Source of the DNA: an uncultured Gemmatimonadales bacterium
Lineage (GTDB): Bacteria > Gemmatimonadota > Gemmatimonadetes > Gemmatimonadales > GWC2-71-9
NCBI GenBank assembly: GCA_963828735.1
Contig: CAWHFW010000005.1
Span: 2,112,001-2,176,000, forward strand
Reading direction: 5' to 3'
Length of the DNA: 64,000 nt
In this document: positions 8,913-17,507 of the stretch, piece after piece
Layout of the letters: each line of letters begins with the position of its first letter
How positions within the stretch are numbered: the stretch's first letter is position 1
Position numbers and translations under genes: made by a program
The notes under the pieces: generated by a model
What the model was told of the DNA's origin: nothing
The model's database searches: none
Seen by the model: only the letters and a program-made list of their open reading frames with translations

Positions 8913-10037
8913 GTGAGCCCTTCATCGCGACGCCGATGCGGGCTGATGCTGCTCGGTGTGGTCTGGTCCGAGGCGGCGAGTGCTCTCCAGTCGCCGGCGG
9001 CGATCCCGTTGTGCCCCGGACTCGCGATCGTGACGGCGATCGTCCGTCCGGACGGCGACTACGAATCGATCAAGACGATCACCGCCGCCGGCGCGACCGA
9101 GGTCGACATCGCGTATTCCGCCCAGGTGCCCAAGAGTCCGGGCGTGATGCGGAACTACCGGATGCGGCGCGCCGTGCTCCGTAGCGATCTCGCCGAGGCC
9201 TCCCTCTACGTTCACTACTTCCATACCAGGGGTGCGGAGCGGATCCCGGGCAGCACGGCGCTGGGTACCTCGCGCGCGGTGCTGCAGGCGCTCAAGACCA
9301 CGGGGACCGCCGAGCTCCGGGTCGTCGCGCCGGGCAACAGCGCCCTTCCTGCCGATACGGGCGCTCACCCCAACATCTACGACTACGAGGAGACCTACCG
9401 GCTCACTCGGGTGGGGAGCGGTCCGGTTCCGGTGACGGTCACGGTCAACGACAGCGCCGTCGCGCTGCCGACCATCCACGCCCGCGGCGACTACATGGGC
9501 GACAAGGCGGAGTTCTTCTTCCTCGACGACGAGGACAATCCGCTCTCGCTCAAGTACAGCTTCAATGCCGGCGGCGAGCCAGCTGATGGCGGGAACGAGC
9601 TTCAGGTCGTGAAGATCGCCTATCGCTGCACCGCACCGGCGCAGCCCGCCCCGCAGGATCGCGTCAGCCGGCTGGAGCGAGCCCTGCGCGAACAGCGCCG
9701 TGCGGTGGTGTATGACCTCTACTTCGATTTCAACAGCGCCGCCATCCGGCAGGAATCCGACTCCACGCTCCGCGACATCGCCGAGGTGATGCGTCGCCAT
9801 CCGGACTGGAAGCTGTCGATCGAGGGTCATACCGACGCGGTCGCCAGTGATCGCTACAACCTCGAGCTCTCGGGGCGGCGGGCCGCGGCCGTGAAGGAGG
9901 CGCTGGTCGGCAGCTTCGGCATCGCTGCCTCCCACCTCACCACCGCGGGCTACGGCGAGTCCCGGCCCCGGGATCGGAACGACACGGTGGAAGGGCGGGC
10001 CCGGAACCGTCGCGTGGAGCTCGTTCGCCTGCCCTGA
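8913..10037 (+). CDS. Secreted OmpA-family protein with uncharacterised N-terminal domain (start uncertain, 8913 or 8946)
   Basis: LYFDFNSA...IEGHTD...NLELSGRRAAAV...GYGESRP...RARNRRVEL. Confidence 0.85.
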   Translation: MSPSSRRRCGLMLLGVVWSEAASALQSPAAIPLCPGLAIVTAIVRPDGDYESIKTITAAGATEVDIAYSAQVPKSPGVMRNYRMRRAVLRSDLAEASLYVHYFHTRGAERIPGSTALGTSRAVLQALKTTGTAELRVVAPGNSALPADTGAHPNIYDYEETYRLTRVGSGPVPVTVTVNDSAVALPTIHARGDYMGDKAEFFFLDDEDNPLSLKYSFNAGGEPADGGNELQVVKIAYRCTAPAQPAPQDRVSRLERALREQRRAVVYDLYFDFNSAAIRQESDSTLRDIAEVMRRHPDWKLSIEGHTDAVASDRYNLELSGRRAAAVKEALVGSFGIAASHLTTAGYGESRPRDRNDTVEGRARNRRVELVRLP

Positions 10038-10043
10038 ATGGGC

Positions 10044-11276
10044 TCACAAATAGGAAACCCACCACGCCCGGCTCTGCGCCTTGAACGCCGCATATCGCCG
10101 GCACATTGGGTACAGCGCCGCCACCACGCAGAGCCACACGACGTAGACTACCGGCAGTCCGAAGCCGTATCCCTCCGGCAGGAACCGGTAGAGCGTACGG
10201 ATGGCCGAGTCCGGAAATCCCTGGGCGACGCCGGCGACGATGGCGAGCGCGTGCACCAGGTAGAGGTGCGTCACATAGAAGAGGAACGGCACCCGGCCGA
10301 AGGTGACGAGGATGTCCGCCACCGGACCTTTGGCCCGGCGCAGGACGGTGAGGGCAACGAGCGCCGGCCCCAGCGTCATCAGCAGGTAGAGCAGCGACGG
10401 CGGATACTTGGTCGTGTTCAGGAACGACATGGCCAAGCGCGCCGGAGTTTCGTCTTCGAGTCGTGGGTTGGGGTCGCCGTAGCCGTTGAGCGTCCGGAGC
10501 ACCACGAACGCAAGGATCATCAGCACACCCGCCCACGCGATCCGGCGTGGCGCGCCGGCATCGCGCGAGAACACCGTGGGCCCGGCGGCATAGCCGAGCG
10601 CCATCACCCCGGCCCACGGGACCAGGGGGTAGGTAACGAACGCCGGCACGATGCCGAGCGGACCCGGCACGTGCAGGAGATGCCAGAGCGGAGCGAAGGC
10701 GCCGAGCGCCTCGGGCGCGACACCGTCCAGGAGGTTGTGCCCCGCCACCAGCACGAGGCCCACGGCCGCAACCGCCGCGCGGGGCAGGTGAATCAGCGCG
10801 GCCAGCAGCACCATCGATGCGCCGATCGCCCAGATGACTTGCAGGCGGGCGCCCATGGTCCACCGGGTAGTGAAATACCACCCGAAGCTGATCACCGTCA
10901 CCTCCAGCAGGATCAGCCACAGCCCGCGGCTCAGGAGGAACCCGGAGAGCTGGCCGCGGGTGCGGCGGCTGCCGGCCATCCATGCGCTGGCGCCGGCGAG
11001 AAACACGAAGGCCGGCGCGCAGAAGTGGGTGATCCAGCGGGTGCCGAACAGCGCCAGGTCCGTGCGGGTCATGTCGGTGGGGTCGAACCGGACCGAGGTG
11101 AAGTAGTCCCGGACGTGATCGAGCACCATGATGACCATGACGAGGCCACGGAGCAGGTCCACGTGGTCGGCGCGCCGACGCCCGACCTGGGCCCCCGGCT
11201 CGGTCGCGGTCGTGGGGCGTCCCTGCGGGATCCGGTATTCTCCCGATGCGGGCTCGGGTCCAAGCACCGTACTCAT
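10044..11276 (-). CDS. DUF1624 / HGSNAT-like membrane acyltransferase-family protein
   Basis: VDLLRGLVMVIMVLDHVRD, TRWITHFCAPAFVFLAG, KYPPSLLYLLMTLG. Confidence 0.85.
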   Translation of the reverse strand: MSTVLGPEPASGEYRIPQGRPTTATEPGAQVGRRRADHVDLLRGLVMVIMVLDHVRDYFTSVRFDPTDMTRTDLALFGTRWITHFCAPAFVFLAGASAWMAGSRRTRGQLSGFLLSRGLWLILLEVTVISFGWYFTTRWTMGARLQVIWAIGASMVLLAALIHLPRAAVAAVGLVLVAGHNLLDGVAPEALGAFAPLWHLLHVPGPLGIVPAFVTYPLVPWAGVMALGYAAGPTVFSRDAGAPRRIAWAGVLMILAFVVLRTLNGYGDPNPRLEDETPARLAMSFLNTTKYPPSLLYLLMTLGPALVALTVLRRAKGPVADILVTFGRVPFLFYVTHLYLVHALAIVAGVAQGFPDSAIRTLYRFLPEGYGFGLPVVYVVWLCVVAALYPMCRRYAAFKAQSRAWWVSYL

Positions 11277-11526
11277 GAAGCTCCTCTCGGCCTGTGGGTC
11301 GCTGGTGTTTGGTCACCGGTGCCAGTCTCGGATCCGTGGCGGGCACGAACCTAGGGAAACCGCGGAAGGCGCGCCCCTGCCAAGAGTCAGGGTCGCGCCC
11401 GTCCCCAAGTGAGTGGCGGGGCGGCGTGGACCGTTGGTCACTCGGGGCCGAGGTGACTCACTCGCATCCATCGCTCCGCACCGGCTCTGGCACCCCCCTC
11501 CATTCCCGAGCATCTTTCCCTGCGCC

Positions 11527-13776
11527 ATGGACTCCCTGCGACAGCAGCTCGAAGCCGGACTCGTCGGTCGCTACCAGCTCGAGCGAGAACTCGGCCAGGG
11601 TGGCATGGCCGTCGTGTTTCTGGCCCAGGACCTCCGCCACGACCGCAAGGTCGCCCTCAAGGTCCTCCGTCCCGACCTCTCGGCGGCGATCGGGGCCGAC
11701 CGGTTCCTCCGGGAGATCAAGCTCGCCGCCGGTCTCACCCACCCGCACATCCTCCCGGTCTACGATTCCGGCCGCGCCGGCGACCTGCTCTTCTATGTCA
11801 TGCCCAACATGGAGGGCCGTTCGCTCAGGGAGCGGCTCCAGCGGGAGCGGCAGCTTCCGCTGCCCGATGCCCTGACCATCACCCGCGAGGTCGCCTCGGC
11901 GCTCGACTACGCCCATCGACACCAGGTGGTCCACCGCGACATCAAGCCCGAGAACATCCTGCTCCACGAGGGCTCGGCGATGGTGGCGGACTTCGGCATC
12001 GGGAAGGCCCTGAGCGCGGACGGGTCGCTCACGCAGACCGGGATGGTCGTGGGCACCCCGACCTACATGAGCCCGGAGCAGGCATCGGGGGACTCCGGCG
12101 TGGACGGCCGCACCGATCTCTACAGCCTCGCGTGCGTGCTGTTCGAGATGCTGACCGGCGAGCCGCCGTTCACGGGCGCGTCGGCGCAGGCGGTGATCGC
12201 CAAGCGCTTCGTGTCTCCCATTCCCAAGGTCCGGGTCACCCGCGACGTGCCGGAGGCGGTTGACGACGCGCTGACCCGCGCACTGTCAAGGACCCCGGTG
12301 GACCGATTCTCCACCGCGGGGCAATTCATCGAGGCGCTCCGCCAGGTGAACGGGATAGGCTCGTCCTCGCACGCGACCGTGGCGGCGGGCCGAGCTCCCG
12401 CAGCTGCGCCCAAGGCCATCGCGGTCCTCCCGCTGGCCAACATGAGCGCCGACCCCGAGAACGAGTACTTCAGCGATGGCATGACCGAAGAGATCATCAA
12501 CGCCCTCGCCAAGGTGCCCGGCATCCAGGTGGCGTCGCGCACGTCCTCCTTTGCCTTCAAGGGCAAGGAGGTGGACATCCGCCAGATCGGCGAGAAGCTG
12601 GGCGTGAGCGTGGTCCTGGAGGGAAGCGTGCGCAAGGTCGGCAACCGGGTCCGGATCACGGCGCAGCTCATCAACGTGGCCGATGGCTACCATCTCTGGT
12701 CCGAGACATACAACCGCCAGCTGGAGGACGTCTTCGCGATCCAGGACGAGATCTCCCACGCGATCGTGGACGCGCTGAAGCTCCGGCTGAGCAGCGATGG
12801 CGACACGCTGGTGGCGCCGGCCAAGAACATCGAGGCGTACACCCTCTACCTGAAGGGCCGTTTCATCTTCAACAAGGACACCGAGCCTTCGACCCGAAAG
12901 GCCCTCGACTTCTTCCAGCAGTCACTGCTCCAGGATCCCGGCTACGCCCGGTCGTACGCCGGCATCGCCGATTGCTGGACCCAGCTCGCCGACGATTTCG
13001 TCGTGCCGGACGACGCCTATCCTCGGGCCAAGGCGGCGGCCACGCGGGCACTGCAGCACGACCCCGACCTCGTCGAGGCCATCACGTCCGTGGGCAAGGT
13101 GCTGTGCTGGTACGAGTGGGACTTCACCGGGGCGGAGCGGCAGCTCCGCAGGGCGGTGGCGCTGAACGAGAACCACGCGGAAGCACACTGGGCATTCGGC
13201 AGCGTCCTCCCGACCGTGGGGCGGCTGGCCGAGGCGGTCGAGGAGATGCAAAAGGCGCTCATCCTGGATCCACTGGCCGCGGTGTACAGTCGGTGGCTCG
13301 GACGGTTCCTGCTGTTCGGCGGCGACCAGGCCGGTGCGATCGCCCAGGCACGGAAGACGATCGAACTGAATGCCGACTACACCTACTCCTACCTCGACAT
13401 CGGCTCGGCCTATCTCGACCTCGGCGACGCCGAAACCGCCCTGCAGTGGTTCCAGCGGGGCCAGGCACAGGACACCAGCGTGCGGTCCTACGACGCCCTG
13501 ATCGTGCGGGCGCTCGAGCCTCTGGGCCGTCGCGAGGAGGCCGACGAGATTCTTCATCGGCTGGACGAGGGGTCGCGGCAGCAGTATGTGCGGTCCGAAA
13601 TCATGGCGATGGGCTACGCGGCGGTGGGTGATCTCGATCGCGCCTTCGCCTGCCTCGAGCGCGCCTTCCAGGTCCGCTCGGCCGGGCTCATCTATCTGCA
13701 CGTGGATCCCGGATACAAGCCGCTCAGGGCCGATCCGCGATTCGCTCAGCTGGTGGGGCGGATCGGGCTGCGGTAG
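11527..13776 (+). CDS. Ser/Thr kinase with TolB_N-like and TPR domains
   Basis: GQGGMA, HRDIKPEN, DFG; IAVLPLANMS..ENEYFSDGMTEE; TPRs; LRADPRF end. Confidence 0.93.
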   Translation: MDSLRQQLEAGLVGRYQLERELGQGGMAVVFLAQDLRHDRKVALKVLRPDLSAAIGADRFLREIKLAAGLTHPHILPVYDSGRAGDLLFYVMPNMEGRSLRERLQRERQLPLPDALTITREVASALDYAHRHQVVHRDIKPENILLHEGSAMVADFGIGKALSADGSLTQTGMVVGTPTYMSPEQASGDSGVDGRTDLYSLACVLFEMLTGEPPFTGASAQAVIAKRFVSPIPKVRVTRDVPEAVDDALTRALSRTPVDRFSTAGQFIEALRQVNGIGSSSHATVAAGRAPAAAPKAIAVLPLANMSADPENEYFSDGMTEEIINALAKVPGIQVASRTSSFAFKGKEVDIRQIGEKLGVSVVLEGSVRKVGNRVRITAQLINVADGYHLWSETYNRQLEDVFAIQDEISHAIVDALKLRLSSDGDTLVAPAKNIEAYTLYLKGRFIFNKDTEPSTRKALDFFQQSLLQDPGYARSYAGIADCWTQLADDFVVPDDAYPRAKAAATRALQHDPDLVEAITSVGKVLCWYEWDFTGAERQLRRAVALNENHAEAHWAFGSVLPTVGRLAEAVEEMQKALILDPLAAVYSRWLGRFLLFGGDQAGAIAQARKTIELNADYTYSYLDIGSAYLDLGDAETALQWFQRGQAQDTSVRSYDALIVRALEPLGRREEADEILHRLDEGSRQQYVRSEIMAMGYAAVGDLDRAFACLERAFQVRSAGLIYLHVDPGYKPLRADPRFAQLVGRIGLR

Positions 13777-14038
13777 GTCGCGGCATCCCCCCAGTCCACG
13801 ATACCGATCTCCTGGCGTATCGGCTCTTCCCGCCCGACAGCCGCACGCTTCGCATGCGCATGTCCTGCGCAGTCCCCTCGACCAGCCCCTAGGGGTCGAA
13901 TTGGGGCGGTCGCGGCGCCGCACACGGCGTCGCGGCATCGCGTGCTCACCTTGCGGTATATATCCCGATTGCATATTTACAGTCAGGCGTTATGAGCCTC
14001 GACAGGCGATCTCGCACCCCCGCACCCCAATCCCACGC

Positions 14039-14362
14039 ATGAGCAACCTCGAGTACCACGTCCTCCTCGCCCTGGTCAGCGGCCCCCTCCATGGCTACGC
14101 CGTCAAGCAGCGCGTCGAGGACGAGTCCGGCGGCAGCCTGACGCCGCTGCCGGGCTCGCTCTATCGGGTCATCGCCCGGCTCATGATCTCGGGCCTCGTC
14201 GCCGAGACGGAGCCGAAGCGCCCGGTGCCTCCGCATCCGGGACTCACGAGGCGCTACTACGCCCTCACCACGACCGGCCGCGGGGCGCTGGCGGCCGAGG
14301 CGCGGCGGCTCAAGGGCGCGGCCGTGCTGGCGGAGAAGCGCCTCCGGACGGCCCGGCCGTGA
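14039..14362 (+). CDS. PadR family transcriptional regulator
   Basis: VLLALVSGPLHGYAV...PGSLYRVIARL...RRYYALT; GTGA-coupled to the permease. Confidence 0.9.
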   Translation: MSNLEYHVLLALVSGPLHGYAVKQRVEDESGGSLTPLPGSLYRVIARLMISGLVAETEPKRPVPPHPGLTRRYYALTTTGRGALAAEARRLKGAAVLAEKRLRTARP

Positions 14363-17025
14363 AACGGATGCTCACGTCACTCGTACGGCTGTTTCCGCCG
14401 GCGTTCCGCGAGCGGTTCGGGCCGGAGATCGCGCAGCACCTGCGAGAGGACTGGGCGGTCGCCCGCTCGCGGGGCCCGCTCGCTGCGCTCGCCTACGGCA
14501 TCACGGCAGCGCTCGATCTCGGCGGTGCGGCGCTCGCCGAGCACTGGAAACCCACGTTGCGATCGACCCCGCGGAGCCGGGGAGGAGGCCTCATGCGGTG
14601 GTTGCGAGACGGCTGGATCCAGGATCTGCGCCAGGCGGTGCGCGCGCTGCGCCGCACGCCGGGCTTCACGCTGGTCGCGGTCGGGACGCTCGGCCTCGCC
14701 CTCGGCGCGAACGCCGGCATCTTCAGCATCGTGGACGCGGTCCTGCTCCGCCCGCTCCCATTCCCGAAGCCCGATCGGCTGGTCTACATCGGCGGCACCG
14801 CGCCCGGCTCCGACCTCCCCAGCGAGTTCGACCTCCCGCTCGAGTTCTTCCTTCAGTATCGGGACCAGTCGAAGCTGCTCCAGGGCCTGGCACCCTACGA
14901 CGACTTCACCAACACCCTGCGGGTGGGCGACCGCGCCGAGCGGGTGCGGATGGCAGTCTCCACCGCCGAGCTCTTTCCCACGCTCGGCGTGGCCCCCATG
15001 CTGGGCCGCGTGCCGGTTCCCGAGGACGAGGACCGGGTCGCGGTGCTGAGCTACGGCCTGTGGCAGAGCTGGTTCGGCGGCGACACCGCCGTGATCGGGC
15101 GCTCCTACTACATCGGAGGGAGCGAGCGCACGGTCATCGGCGTCATGGGGCCCGACTTCCGCTTCCCGCGGGACGGAGTCACCCTCTGGGTCACCGCGAA
15201 CATCCGTCCGGAAGACATCGTGCCCGGTGCGTTCCAGACGTTCGCGCTGGTCGGGAGGCTGAGGCCCGGCGTAACCGCGTCCGACCTGGTGCGGGAGCTG
15301 AGCCCCTTGGCTCAGCGCCTCCCCGAGCGGTTCGGCGGGCCTCCCGGCTACGCCGATCTAATAAGGAAGCACCGGCCCGTGGTGCGACCGCTGGAGGAGC
15401 AGCTGGTGGGGAACGTGGCCCGCCCGCTCTGGCTCCTGTTCGGGTCTGTGGCGGTCGTGCTCCTCATCGCCTGCGCCAACGTGGCCAACCTGTTCCTGGT
15501 CCGCGCGGAGCGGCGGCAGCGCGAGCTGGCCGTGCGCCGTGCCATCGGCGCCGCCCGGCTGCAGCTCTTCCGCGCGCAGATCGTCGAGGCGCTCGTCGTC
15601 GCCCTGCTCGCGGGCGCGCTCGCCATGCTGCTGGCCTGGCTCAGCGTACCTCTGTATCTCAAGTTCGTGCCGCCTGACCTGCCCCGCATCGGCGACGTCA
15701 CGGTCCGGTGGGGCACGCTCCTCTTCACCGGCGTCGCCTCGGCGCTCACCGCTCTGCTCTGCGGCGGGCTGCCGGCGCTCCGCGCGTCCGAGCCGAGTCT
15801 CGATCGCCTGCGCGACGGCAGCCGCGGGTCCACCGCGCGCCGGCACTGGGCGCGGGACGGCCTCGTGGTAGCGCAGACGGCGTTGGCTCTCGTGCTCCTC
15901 ACCGCCTCGGCGCTCCTGTTCCGAAGCTTTCAGAAGATGCGGAACGTGGATCCGGGCTACGACACCCGGGACATCTTCACCTTCCAGATCGCGCCCGAGG
16001 GCGAGCAGCTGAAGGACGCCCGCTCGTTCGCTCGATTCCACCTCGCCTTCCTGGACAGGCTGAGGCAGCTGCCGGGGGTGAAGTCGGTGGGGATCGTGGA
16101 CAACGTGCCGCTCAACGAGAGCCTCGCCCTCGCCCGGTTCCTGCCGGCCGAGCGGGCGGGCGAGGTCGGCGGCGGCCTGCGGCTGGGCCTCACCTCGGTC
16201 GCGGGCGACTACTTCTCGACCATGCGAATCCGGCTGCTCGCGGGCCGGACGTTCACCGACGCGGACCAGCTCACCGACCTGGGGCACGTCATCGTCAACC
16301 GCTCGGCGGCGAACCTGCTCTGGCCGGGGCAGTCGCCGATCGGGCAACGCATCAGGCGGGAGGAGATCGACGCCTGGGAGACCGTCGTCGGCGTGGTGGA
16401 AGACGTGATGCAGGACAACTTCCGCGACCCGGCGCCACCGGCGGTCTACTATCCGCTCGTCGGACAGCCACCCGCCGAGTGGGTGATCTCCTCTCCGGCG
16501 TACGTCGTGAAGACATCGCGGGCGGAGACGATCGCGCCCGAGATCCGGGCGCTGGTGCGGGAGGTGGCGCCCGGCGCGCCGATGTACCGGACCTTCACCA
16601 TGGCCGGGCTCGCCGCCGACGCACGGCTGCCGCTCGCGTTCACCATGCTGACGCTGGGTGTGGTCTCGCTCCTCGCCGTCATCCTCGGCACCGTGGGGCA
16701 GTACGGCGTGCTGTCGTACATCGTCGCCGAGCGGACCCGGGAGATCGGCGTCCGCATGGCGCTCGGCGCACAGGCGAGGCGGGTGCAGGGGATGGTGGTG
16801 GGGCAGGGGGCCCGGGTGCTGCTGGTGGGGGTCCTCTTCGGGCTCGCCGTGGCGGCCGCGTCTACGCGGGCGCTTCGGAGTCTCCTGTTCGGTGTCGGGG
16901 CGCTCGATCCCGCCACCTTCGCGGCCGTGGCATGCGGGATGGTACTCGTGGGCCTGCTCGCGGCGTATCTGCCGGCGCGGCGCGCGTCGCGGGTGGATCC
17001 GATCGAGTCGCTCCGGGGCGAGTAG
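14359..17025 (+). CDS. ADOP-type duplicated ABC permease (MacB_PCD/FtsX x2)
   Basis: QDLRQAVRALRRTPGF, LLIACANVANL, RTREIGVRMALGA, PARRASRVDP. Confidence 0.92.
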   Translation: MKRMLTSLVRLFPPAFRERFGPEIAQHLREDWAVARSRGPLAALAYGITAALDLGGAALAEHWKPTLRSTPRSRGGGLMRWLRDGWIQDLRQAVRALRRTPGFTLVAVGTLGLALGANAGIFSIVDAVLLRPLPFPKPDRLVYIGGTAPGSDLPSEFDLPLEFFLQYRDQSKLLQGLAPYDDFTNTLRVGDRAERVRMAVSTAELFPTLGVAPMLGRVPVPEDEDRVAVLSYGLWQSWFGGDTAVIGRSYYIGGSERTVIGVMGPDFRFPRDGVTLWVTANIRPEDIVPGAFQTFALVGRLRPGVTASDLVRELSPLAQRLPERFGGPPGYADLIRKHRPVVRPLEEQLVGNVARPLWLLFGSVAVVLLIACANVANLFLVRAERRQRELAVRRAIGAARLQLFRAQIVEALVVALLAGALAMLLAWLSVPLYLKFVPPDLPRIGDVTVRWGTLLFTGVASALTALLCGGLPALRASEPSLDRLRDGSRGSTARRHWARDGLVVAQTALALVLLTASALLFRSFQKMRNVDPGYDTRDIFTFQIAPEGEQLKDARSFARFHLAFLDRLRQLPGVKSVGIVDNVPLNESLALARFLPAERAGEVGGGLRLGLTSVAGDYFSTMRIRLLAGRTFTDADQLTDLGHVIVNRSAANLLWPGQSPIGQRIRREEIDAWETVVGVVEDVMQDNFRDPAPPAVYYPLVGQPPAEWVISSPAYVVKTSRAETIAPEIRALVREVAPGAPMYRTFTMAGLAADARLPLAFTMLTLGVVSLLAVILGTVGQYGVLSYIVAERTREIGVRMALGAQARRVQGMVVGQGARVLLVGVLFGLAVAAASTRALRSLLFGVGALDPATFAAVACGMVLVGLLAAYLPARRASRVDPIESLRGE

Positions 17026-17158
17026 CCGCGGCCCGCTTCGCTTCGTGATCCACGTCGCAGCACTCCACCGGACCCAGGTGCGAGATGTTGGTGGCGGACG
17101 CGGTAGGAGCACCTGCTCCGGCCCCGCTCCGGCACCACACAGGACACCTGGAGGCTCC

Positions 17159-17401
17159 ATGCCGGCGAAGAAGAGCGGACGAAAGTACAGCAAGAGCGCG
17201 AGCCGGTCGGTGAAGAGCGCGATGCACCGGCGAAAGAAGGGGACCCTCAAGCGGGGCAAGTCGGGCCACGGGGGATCGGTGAAGAGCCGCAAACAGGCGA
17301 TCGCGATCGGGCTCTCGGAGGCGCGGAAGAAAGGGGCCAAGGTGCCCAAAAAGAAATCGTCGTCGCGGGGTGGACGGTCGAAGTCCCGCTCGAAGTCCTG
17401 A
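17159..17401 (+). CDS. Small basic DUF6496-like protein
   Basis: GGAGG RBS; KGTLKRG...VKSRKQAIAIGLSEARKKG motif. Confidence 0.85.
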   Translation: MPAKKSGRKYSKSASRSVKSAMHRRKKGTLKRGKSGHGGSVKSRKQAIAIGLSEARKKGAKVPKKKSSSRGGRSKSRSKS

Positions 17402-17507
17402 CCGCGCTTCCGGTCCGGCCCGCACCGAATACCCGCTCACCATTTATGGCGAGAGTCTGGTCTCCCCGGTCGAGGGCCGGAAGCCGGCTTAAGGCGCCGG
17501 AGCCATT

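Noticed and set aside
1..10037. Type VI secretion or flagellar motor assignment for the OmpA-domain genes
   Set aside because: No core tss, vgrG, hcp or motA-like genes in the window.
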